In this document: positions 53,531 through 64,000 of the stretch, piece by piece | Layout: every line of letters begins with the position of its first letter | Position numbering within the stretch: the stretch's first letter is position 1 | Source: Octopus sinensis | Lineage: Eukaryota | Assembly: GCF_006345805.1 (NCBI RefSeq) | Contig: NC_042997.1 | Coordinates: 92,504,001 to 92,568,000 of the forward strand | Reading direction: 5' to 3' | Length of the DNA: 64,000 bases | Notes under the pieces: model-generated | Databases searched by the model: none | Told to the model about the DNA's origin: nothing | The model's input: the letters and a program-made list of their open reading frames with translations, nothing else | Translations under genes and position numbers: made by a program

Positions 53531-54235
53531 ATATATATATGGAGATGACAAGAGAACCAGTTCGGTCAATTACAAATCCACTGCGGACCTTTGATATCTG
53601 ATTACAAACAAATCTCAGACCTTTTGGCATGACTTCGCCGAATTGTTCATAACGAGCAATAGAATTAAGAGGGTGGACGGACTCGCTATTTAGGTATCAG
53701 GACTTGATGTTGCCCACATGGATTCTAAGAGACTGTGTGCTCCATGATACAGATGCTGTAGATAGTTTGTTATTTAATCCCAATTCAGCTGTGATCAAGC
53801 AGATCACAAACATTCCGTTAAGGCCATACTGTCTTTTTCCCAGATGCATCGTCATCGGGGCTGCATTATTCATCATGTTCTTTTAGGATATGATTGGCTA
53901 TGATTGGCAGAGAAACCATGCAGTGGTCCATCTTGATAGCTGGAAGATAGGTGATTTAGTTTTACATGATCCACGAAAGGAGAGTGAAACTTTATTTTGG
54001 CAGCTACTCTTATTCGGATAGCTTTTTGGCTTCGGGCATTTAATCAGCCATGTGCGTTAAGCAACTATAACTAATCTTTAAGTTTTGCCGGTTAAATAGT
54101 TTCAAACACTTGAGCATGCAGGGTAATGTATCACGATTAGATTGGAGTATGAAACTCGGTGTAATAGGATGCTATAACCTGAAAATGCAGCTCTTACTAT
54201 ATGTATATATATATATTATATATATATATTATATA

Positions 54236-54271
<36 letters not shown>

Positions 54272-54284
54272 TGTATGTATGTAT

Positions 54285-54378
54285 GGGAGTATTTTTCGTC
54301 ACGGACACGGGGAATTTGGAAGAGGGGCCTGGCAAGTCTATCGCATAGATGGAAGAACATTGTAGAAAATGAAGGTAC
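54285..54378 (+). pseudogene. Mariner transposase C-terminal fragment
   Basis: WKRGLASLSHRWKNIVENEG. Confidence 0.55.
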
Positions 54379-54388
54379 AAGAGTCGGT

Positions 54389-54580
54389 GTGCGTAGCCGT
54401 ATTTCGTCTGCCGTTACGTTCTGAGTTCAAATTCCGCCGAGGTCCACTTTGCCTTTCATCCTTTCGGGGTCGATAAATTAAGTACCAGTTATGCACTGGG
54501 GTCGATGTAATCGATTTAATCCATTTGTCTGTCCTTGTTTGTCCCCTCTATGTTTAGCCCCTTGTGGGCAATAAAGAAAT
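54389..54580 (+). mobile_element. SINE family A, 5'-truncated
   Basis: Body and tail ...tctatgtttagccccttgtgggcaataaagaaat. Confidence 0.85.
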
Positions 54581-54609
54581 TAAAAAATATATATATATAT
54601 AATATATAT

Positions 54610-54780
54610 TTGTGTGTGTTTGTCCCCCACTATCGCTTGACAACCGTAACATAGCGGTTCGGCAAAAGAGAGCGATAGAATAAGTACTAGGCTTACAAAG
54701 AATAAGTCATGGGGTCGATTTGTTCGACTTAAGGTAGTGCTCCAGGATGGCTGCAGTTAACTGACTGAAATAAATGAAAG
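54610..54780 (+). mobile_element. SINE family B 3' half
   Basis: tttgtcccccactatcgcttgacaacc...gcggttcggcaaaagagag. Confidence 0.7.
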
Positions 54781-55185
54781 AGAGTATATTTTAGATTTAA
54801 AAACTTTGTTTCTCATAATTCTGAAAAATAAAAGTAGTATAAAAAAACTGCATTATTTATGGGATGGTCCAATATATATATATATGTGTATGTGTATAAG
54901 TATATATGTGTTTGTGTGTGTATGTATATGCATGTATGTAAATGCATATGCATATACGTATACATATACATACACACACACACACACACACACACAGAAT
55001 CATATACCTACATATGTATACAGCTACACTCATCTATGTAATTATGCACTTTTATGTCTATACATTCATCCATATTGCTTGCACGCACATGTATATACAT
55101 ATATACATTTATGAATACATGGATATTTTTGAAAGCAAGTCTGTATGCTTGTGCGTGTGCGTAAGCGTGCGTATATGAGCCTCTG

Positions 55186-55241
<56 letters not shown>

Positions 55242-55814
55242 TGTGTGTGTTTGTGTGTACGGCTGTGCATGTATGAGCAAGGAGAAATTTGCCTGTCGTT
55301 TAATGGTAAACTTACATAGATGATATATTCGACAAGCATAGAACATTGTAAGTAATTATCTAGAGATATAAATCTTGGCACACCACCACCAGCACCACCC
55401 CTAAACCGCAACTCATTACTAACCCCGCGTCACTCTACCATCACATCATATTTCCTCAACCTCACCCTTAATACCCAGCATCGCGTTCCACCCATCGTGC
55501 CATTTTAGTCAGCGAAAATCCTGGTCGAACTTGCATAAATGTAATAACGGACGGGTAGTCTGATGTGTTGTGGTTATTTTTCTGTGGAACTTCGATGAGA
55601 ACGATTACTTCGGTTGAAAATAAAGCAAGCCAAGTAATTAAAGAGGAGCAAAAGGAATTAGTTCAACTAGGGTGGAAGTGTGGGGCTGTGAGGGAAATAT
55701 CAAATAGATTCTCTCAGTCAGGGGTACCGGATGTTGTGTGGAACAACTGTAATAAAGTAAGTAGCATACACGGAGTAAATGTAAAACATAAAACTGAGGT
55801 GTTGAGAAAACAAA

Positions 55815-55853
<39 letters not shown>

Positions 55854-55878
55854 GCTGCTGCCGCTGCTACTGCTGCTG

Positions 55879-55910
<32 letters not shown>

Positions 55911-56043
55911 GTTGCTGCTGCTGCTACTACTACTACTACTACTACTACTACTGTTGCTGTTGCTACTGCTGCTGCTGCTGCTACTACTACTACTACTACT
56001 ACTACTGTTGCTGTTGCTACTGCTGCTGCTGCTACTACTACTA

Positions 56044-56125
<82 letters not shown>

Positions 56126-56150
56126 CACTACTACTACTACTACTACTACT
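55815..56150 (+). repeat. Compound (CTA)n/(CTG)n microsatellite
   Basis: Direct reading. Confidence 0.95.
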
Positions 56151-56379
56151 CCTTTTTACTATAGGCACAAGGCCTGAAATTTTCACTATGTTGACGTCGA
56201 CAGCTTATGCCGACACAGATCTACCACATTCTGTTTCACGCAGGATGCTCCTCAACACCTCTAGCTTGTGTAATAGTGGCTCGAGAGTCATTACGTACAA
56301 CAGGGACGAGAGAGGGCAACTTTGGCGGACCGAGCGAGTGATGTTGAACGATTCCGAGAGATAACCATTCATTCTGACC

Positions 56380-56865
56380 ACTGAACAGATGTCGCTATGC
56401 TACAAGATAATATCGCAAGAATTATTCATATTGGGGATGTGTTACAAGTATGGATTGGATAGTGGAAAGAAGTGGTATGGGTAAACCCCAAAAGGAGTAA
56501 TCGAGAACGATAAAGTAAAGGTACTGTGAGATCTAATGATCGAATGTGATCATGACATTGAACATCAAAAAGCCTGATATAGTGGTTGTGAATAAAAACA
56601 AACCCTGCTTAGTAACAGATATGGTGATGATGTGATGATCAGAATGAGAAGAGAAGCAGGTCAGATATGATGATTTGAAGTGGGAGATAAAAAGACTGTG
56701 ATTATTAGAGAAATGTGAAAAGAGCACCTACAGAAAATAGCATTGCTTGGAACTGCGCGTAGCCTTCACAAATCTCTCGAAAGCTAACTGAAGAGTGTTA
56801 TCTTAGAGCATCGGCTGTGGACAGCTGAGACTTTGTTACATCTCCCAGCTAAGATACTGTGTTAA
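56380..56865 (+). mobile_element. Decayed R4/Dong-type 3' fragment
   Basis: DNIARIIH, VIENDKVKVL*DLMIECDHDIEHQKPDIVV and LQKIALLGTARSLHKSLES*. Confidence 0.75.
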
Positions 56866-57692
56866 ACAAGAATAGGATAACAGTTCCTCCAATTTTAGGC
56901 ACAAAGCCAGCAATTTTAGGGAGAGGGGGCAATCGAAACACCGTATAGTACCCTATAAGTTAATTTGGTTAAAACAGAGTATGATATTGGCCACTATCAC
57001 TATACGACTAGGTGAATTATAATTTAAAATTATATGCGGCCCGTAACAGGAAGAATAACAGCAAAAGAATATTTAATCATCACTCAAACAGAGAAAATAA
57101 TTTAAGACGTTCGTGATTTGTTATGCATATTAACAAAGATGAACTCAGTTTCATCCCAGTTTGTATATACAATAGATAGCTAGTAGCTACCATTATTTCT
57201 GTAGTCAGGAAAAATGAATAACTGTTCTCTGATGAAGAGAACATACGTTGATACTTCTCTGTTCTAGCCACAGAGAAGAAAGAAAATGTTTTAAACACCT
57301 TAACGAGACTAAATACCTACGTTAATACACACATACACACACATAGATAGGTAGATGAGTAGATATTCATGTAAACAGTTGCCAAATCTCCCTCAAATCA
57401 TATATTCTATTGTGTATAAAAAGGAAAATATTCGATAATGTGGTCCCTGATATAGAAGAGAAAGGCACCATGATCACTGTTGGAACGGCTTATATCATAA
57501 CTCTCGCACATGAATGACTGAGATTAAACAACTATAGATGTTTCTAACCAGTAATGAATCGTCTATATCAATGTACTCAGTGTGACTTGGAAAGAAGTAC
57601 TAGAAAACGATATCACCCACGCAAGCACACACACACACACACACACGCACACACACACACACACCACACACACACACAACACACACACACAC

Positions 57693-57749
<57 letters not shown>

Positions 57750-59250
57750 GCACACTAAAACCTTAACAAGTCGTGTTAAAATGAATACGAATGACTGAAA
57801 GAAGACAAAACGAAGCACAAGAAGAAAATGGAATGAATCTTGAAGCAGAAAGATTTATAAACTGCTGAAAGGAAACAGGTGTAAAACTTGTCATGTATGC
57901 ATGTGTATATGCGAATAATCAATCTTTAATTTAGTTAGGTGTGTATACACACATGTACATATAAATACACACATATAGACACGCACGCACAAAGTCTTAT
58001 GTGAAGACATATGTACACACACATACACACACATACATAAGTACGTGCATGCGTGCATGGATGCCTGAGTATAGGAACAAGTTTGCGAATTCATAGAAAT
58101 ATTTGTATACGCATGCATGTACCCGTGCGGGTATTTGTGTATGCATAAGCGCGCACATGTGTATATATCTAGAGCAGTAAACAAAACATTCTGTTAACCT
58201 GTGGAACTCTGTGTGTGAATGTATGTATGTTTGTGTGTGTGCATGTGTGCGCGTTCTGTGTATGTGCATGTGTGCGCGTTCTGTGTATGTGCATGTTTGC
58301 AAGTAAATCTGGGGTAGGTCATGTAAGCGTATTTAAAGTAGAAAGTAGAACCCAAAATAGTCGTCCATATAACATTGTGATCCACGTAATAAAGCAACAA
58401 TACCTTTTAAAGATTCAGTGTTACACCATTCCAAATCATTTCACCAAATTCAAACGAGTTTCTTATCCCATTATGTTTACGAGAATATCATTTTAAGCAT
58501 GACTTGCGAAAAAGACCTGCCCAATGAGAGTTGCAATTATAAGCAGATTATAAGCACCCGTTCTTGGTTAGGGTTGATATGACCTACAGTATACCGGATG
58601 GAATAAGCATTCTATAAGAATATTAAGTGCTTATTTAGCAAACAACCATTAGAATTAACCTAACAGAACGTCCATGCTATAAGAACAGGCGTAAAATAAT
58701 GGGTTATCAGTGCATCACCGTTGTATACTTAACATAAATAATTAGCGCGAATCAATCCAATACATGTTTGTTCGTACTAATAGTCGTTAAGCAGTTTCCC
58801 TCTCTTTCCCTCTCCCTATTTCTCTTTTTCCTTCTTTGTTTCTTTGTTTCTTTCTTTCTTTCTTTCTCCCCCCTCTCTCTCTCTTTCTCAGTCTGTCTGC
58901 CTGTCTATCTGTTTGTCTGCCTGTTTATTTGTTTATCTATCTGTTTGTTTGGCTGGCTGGCTGTCTGGTTGCCCATCTGTCTGTATATACGAGATGCATT
59001 AAAACAGTATCCGACTTTATCATTTCCCGCAAATACTAATGTCATGTGGGTAAAATTCTTTGGGTGGGAGGTGACGCCACTCTTCCTGTGCATCCGAAAA
59101 AATTTTCGCGCCGGTAGGCCGCACCAGTTCCCAGCTACGCCTGGAGTAATCCCATGAACTACTCTGTGTCGCGGTCGAGAAATTCACCAATTCGCTCTGC
59201 CTGCAACATCAAGGTCAAGCATGCGCCAGATTCCGGAGCCGTTTTGAAAC

Positions 59251-59292
<42 letters not shown>

Positions 59293-59335
59293 TGTGTGTC
59301 TGTGTCTGTGTGTATGTGTGTGTCTGTGTGTGTGT

Positions 59336-59379
<44 letters not shown>

Positions 59380-59901
59380 TGTGTGCGTGTATGTATATTT
59401 ATATAAACAGGTGTGGTGATAAGTGAAGACAGAGTTTCTTCTATTTAACTTATATGACTTCTATATGATTACAGCCGTTTCAAAACCTTGTACATGTATT
59501 ATTTATTTCAACATGCATAATTATACGTACACACAGACACACACTTACACATACACACATGTATATGTAAAGAGAGAGTGCGAAGGAATGATCCCTTAAA
59601 ACCAGAGATTATATAAGCTAAATAGGCGGTATAACAAAAATTCGTGGGAGATACTCAGTAAATATTCTATAGCAAAGTTACGTAGAAGAAAGTTCTTTGA
59701 ACAGAAACAGCGAGGTTAAAACTCACCATCTGATAAATGATTGTAAATAAATAATTCATTTCAACTATTTTGTTTCGGCCTCCTTTCTCTTCATTTTTCA
59801 ATTATGAATCATTTTAGTGCCACTTATTTGACGTCGTTGATTCGATGCTGATTTTTTGACATCAAACGTTTTAATGTTTCTTTCATTCTCTCTCGTTCTT
59901 C

Positions 59902-59968
<67 letters not shown>

Positions 59969-60194
59969 ATTCGAGTGAGCATATTTCTCTTTATGTGTAC
60001 AAGGAGAGGGAAAGTGTTTATGTCGATCGTGTTAAATTAAAAAATCGTAGTCTATCACCCCACCACTCCCCCTCTCTCTCTTTCTCACTCTCGTTCTCTG
60101 TAGTTAAAACGTTTAGTAATATTGAACTCTCATTGGATGAAGTACTCTTCGTTTGGCTTTTACGCAGTTAATTTCTGATATATATATATATATA

Positions 60195-60972
60195 TCTCTT
60201 ATTATAAAAGGCAGATTTTATCTGCCTCCCTTTGGGAGTTATAGAAATCTACAATATAGGATTTCTTCAATTACAATTTACCTAGCATTTTTAAGAGTAC
60301 AATGCATCGCGTCATGCCAGGTCCAGTTTTTAAAATTTAAACTCCAATTAAGCAAAATTTACAGAAAACTCACATTCTGGTGTGTGTGTCAAATGCTTTT
60401 CTTAGTCTGGTTTACACCACACGCAAACGCACACACACAGTGGGCAACGAATAAAATGAAAGTAATTCACTTACTGTAGTGAGTGATTCTTTCACTCTGC
60501 CTCCCACTTCCTCTTTCCACACATAGATACGCAAATATATAAATAAAATTGTAAGCTAACGTGCGTGTGTGTGAGTGTGTGTGTGTGTGTGTGTGTGCGC
60601 GTGTGTGTGTGTGTGAGGGTGTGTGTGTGTGTGTGTGTGCGTGTGCGTGAGTGTGTGACAGGAAATTTTTTTACGACGAATATAAGACCTATATCCAAGT
60701 AGCAGAAAGATAAGACAGTAAGGTGTGATTTGAGGGAGATTTGGCTGCTATTTCTACCATGTCTAGCTGCCATGTAAGGGTCTCCCTCATAGGCTCATAC
60801 ATACATATATACATAGATAAGACAGTAAGGTGTGATTTGGGGGAAATTTGGCTGCTATTTCTACCAGGTCTAGCTACCATGTAGAGGTCCCCCTCATTGG
60901 CTCATATATATAGATACATAAGACAGTAAGGTGTGATTTGAGGGAGATTTGGCTGGTGTTTCTACCAGGTCT
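60195..60972 (+). mobile_element. Non-autonomous Helitron-like element with internal ~101-107-bp tandem repeat
   Basis: Starts A|TCtcttattata. Units start with taagacagtaaggtgtgattt at 60711, 60818 and 60919. Confidence 0.7.
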
Positions 60973-61039
60973 GTTAGGCCTTCTCATGTAAACTCAAGCT
61001 TTCCCATGCCTTGAACATAAGACCAAAGCAGAGAATGTA

Positions 61040-61255
61040 TTCTTTTATTCTTCTGCTTTTTCCAGCCATTGGTCTGTGGCCATGCTGGGGCAATGCCTTG
61101 AAGAATTGTAGTTTAATGAATCAACTCCAGTTTTATTTTTGTAAGCATTGTACTTATTCTATCTGTTTCCTTTGTCAAACCACTAGGTGACAGGGATGTA
61201 AACAAACCAACATTCGTTGTCAAGCAGTGGTGGAGGACAATCACAAGCACAGACA
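61040..61255 (-). mobile_element. SINE family B 3' half
   Basis: Reverse complement of the family B 3' body. Confidence 0.65.
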
Positions 61256-61339
61256 CGCACACACACACACACATACATGCATACACATATACACACATAC
61301 ATACATACATACATATATATATATGTGTGTATATATATA

Positions 61340-61598
61340 TTGCAGCGTGGAAGGTGTTTGTAAGCCATTTAAGAAACACACAAAAACCGTTACATTCACT
61401 TCAACATTTAAATTTAATTTGCCAAAATATTTTCCTCGCTTTGAGACCGCGACCTGTTCACTGACAAAAATATCGTGCTAACAGGTCGCGGTCTCAAAGC
61501 GACGAAAATATTTTGACAAATTAAATTTAAATGTTGAAGTGAATCTAAGGGTTTTTGTGTGTTTCTTAAATGGCTTATATACACCTTCAACGCTGCAA
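61340..61598. mobile_element. 259-bp near-perfect palindrome of hammerhead-bearing arms
   Basis: ~119-bp arms around a ~20-nt spacer. Confidence 0.8.
61418..61468 (-). ncRNA. Hammerhead motif with G3:C8 variant core (GUGAACA)
   Basis: Reads UUUGUCA GUGAACA G GUCGC GGUCUCAAA GCGAG GAAA AUAU UU^ UGGCAAA. The opposite arm supplies perfect GCGAC and UGACAAA. Confidence 0.6.
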
Positions 61599-61762
61599 CT
61601 GTTTTCGTTCCAGCACACGATCTCAGATCAAGTCACTTGCTATGCAAGTACGTCTCTGTAACTATATATATATTTATATATATATATATATATGTATATT
61701 GGTAAAAACAGTAAGATAACAAAAGAAAGAAAGAGACCTCAATATTATGTAAATAGAGGAAA

Positions 61763-62035
61763 TCTTTATATATGAAAGTGAGGTTGTGTGTCTGTCTCCT
61801 ACGATTTAGATTCCTAACTACTCCCACATTTTGCGGTGCAGTTTAACCAAAACCGGGTATCTTATAGTCGTGATTCATATCGAGACCGTCTGGGTATTAG
61901 CGCGCGTCTACGATGAGTCTACGATTAAAAAAAAAATTACCATCAATTTTTCCCATTTTTAATCCATTTTTGACATATATAAGGGAAGTAACTCTCTAAA
62001 ATTTATTATTAAATCTCAGAACGTAAAAGGCTACA
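61763..62035 (+). mobile_element. Partial non-autonomous Helitron (5' part)
   Basis: A|TCtttatatatgaaagtgaggttgtg; same family as 62553. Confidence 0.7.
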
Positions 62036-62552
62036 GTAACAAGTAAATGTAATATTTGTTTCTGTCTATCACGCTGATAGATACATGAGTAAAATGTATG
62101 GGAAGCTAACAGATAACAGTGAGTGAAAATGCTCTTGGAAGAGAGTAAATTAGCGACAGTGATTTGAGGAAGACTAAACTGAAACTATGAAACAGTGTTT
62201 ATGTATAAACAGACGACACTTATATAAACCCTTTCGTTACCAAACCGCCCGAATTTACCTATTCATATTTAAATGAGAATATCAGAGTAAATCTCTTTAG
62301 TACATTCGTGAAAACACGTATTATACTTCGTAAACACTTCAAATACAGTTTTGTACAAAAATCGAAGTGTAATTTTAATTCCGTGAATTATGGGAGATTT
62401 TTTTCCGAAATTTGTTCCTATTGTGTCTTCAAAATTTGTAATTCTGACAAAAAATGGATACGAATTTCATATATCAAGCAGCGAGTCAGAATTCGAAGGA
62501 TTTTCTACTGAAGACCTTCATAAATCTAACTCTATGACTGAAAAAAAAAGCA

Positions 62553-62942
62553 TCTTTATTAAGAGTGAAGTGTGTGTCTGTCTCCTACGATTTAGATTCG
62601 TAACTACTGCCACATTTTGCGGTGTGCAGTTTAACCAAAAGCGGGTATCTTATAGTCGTGATTCATATCGAGCCCTTCTGGGTATTAGCGCGCGTCTACG
62701 ATGAGTCTACGATTTTAAAAAAATTTACCATCATATTTTTCCATTTTAATGCATTTTTTCGCTTTTATATAAGGAAGTACTCTCTAAAATATCTACGATG
62801 TGTCAACGATTTAAAAAAAAATTACCTTCATTTTTTTTCAATTTTTAATGCATTTTTTGCTATTTTTTGGCTATAACTCTCTAAAAATGCTTATATAGTT
62901 ATTTCCCTTACAAACCCGAGCAACGCCGGGCGATACTGCTAG
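62553..62942 (+). mobile_element. Complete 390-bp non-autonomous Helitron
   Basis: A|TC ... cccgagcaacgccggg hairpin ... CTAG|T. Confidence 0.9.
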
Positions 62943-62945
62943 TTA

Positions 62946-62997
<52 letters not shown>

Positions 62998-63272
62998 GTG
63001 TGTATGTATGTGTGTGTGTGTGTGTATGTATATATATATGTCGTGAAGTATATTTACCACCTAAATGTGGTGGACCCATAGTGGACGATGCTACTGTTGC
63101 TTATAGCCCCATGAAGACATCTCCTCCAGCTGGCTAACGACACACTGTCTGTGTCCGATTAGTATTTGCGAAGAGAAATCATCATTACCATCTCTAGCCT
63201 TAGAGAGGACAGCAAACGTTACAGCAAACATCTCAAGTCATATACATTATTATTATTATTATTATTATTATT

Positions 63273-64000
63273 CTATGTTTGACTTTTGCTTTATATTTGT
63301 ACAAGTTGGCTCCAAGTCTCACCCAGAGACCTCAAGAGACAACAGGGTTGGAAGTTCATGTTGTTGTTATGCCTAGTGTGCCATATATTTGGGGGGTGGG
63401 GATGTTGTACTAATGAATGTCTAAAAAAAAAAAAAGTTTTTTTTTTTTTTAAACCGAAAATTATAGTTGTTTTAAACCTTGAGTTACATAGAGAGTATTT
63501 TGCGTAGGATATGAGCAGTTCCATGAGCACTATCTTTTGAACTTCTGCCATTTTTGGGTTTCCTGGTATCTGAGTTAGGTAGCTATCAGCCCCTTTTGCT
63601 ATCTTCCCAGGGCACCTATGACAACAGGTATTGTTTAGTCTTCAGCTTCCACATTTTGCTGATTTCTATTTCAAGATCTTTATATTTGCTCAGTTTTGGT
63701 AGGTCCTGACAGATACGTTTATATCGATTGGGACAGTCATATCAATGAGGAGCATGTTCTTTGTTTGAAGTCTTTCAATATGATGTCTGGCCTATTTGCA
63801 TCTATCTTCCTGTCAGTTTGAATGGTGAAGTTCCAGAGGAGTGAGATGTGTCATTTCATTTCATTCAAGCACGGGGTGGTTTGTGTTCCCACCAGTTTTT
63901 TCATGGGGCAAATCCAGGTTTTTACAGATAACCCAGTGAATATATTGTGCAGCAGCTCTATCGTGCCTGTTGAGATACTCTGTAGGCGCTAGAAGACTGC
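63273..64000 (-). mobile_element. R4/Dong family 2 copy (3' part), runs off the window
   Basis: Reverse complement of ~17000-17726 with small indels; ends in (ATT)n 63247-63272. Confidence 0.9.

Noticed and set aside
55565-56164. 199-aa ORF with a GTAAGT donor-like site near 55757
   Set aside because: The C-terminal half is microsatellite and the unique part has no recognisable domain or acceptor.

Overview
AT-rich eukaryotic DNA with dense microsatellites and almost no recognisable content other than transposable elements. The repeat families and composition suggest an octopus or other coleoid cephalopod genome (inference). No host protein-coding gene can be supported, and most ORFs in the track are microsatellite artefacts. 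Main contents: (1) many Penelope-like element (PLE) relics and about a dozen PLE-type minimal hammerhead ribozyme (HHR) motifs from several families. Four inverted-repeat elements carry an HHR motif in each arm. These include a tRNA-headed SINE-like unit ending in an HHR (4.8-5.76 kb) and a palindrome whose HHR core has a compensatory G3:C8 swap (61.4 kb). (2) A 7.5-kb (AAT)n tract (14.6-22.1 kb) with seven same-orientation insertions: three R4/Dong-type RLE retrotransposons, two copies of a ~555-bp non-coding retroposon and two 40-bp termini. (3) A full-length but frameshifted L1/Tx1-clade LINE (32087-37038, minus) nested in a tRNA-derived SINE with which it shares its 3' tail, next to an ORF1-only relative with its own target-site duplication (TSD). 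(4) Helitron derivatives with a PIF1-helicase fragment and internal minisatellites. (5) Mariner relics, MITEs (one filled with TTAGGG-like repeats) and three tRNA-derived SINE families. All structure calls were made by eye without folding software or database searches.
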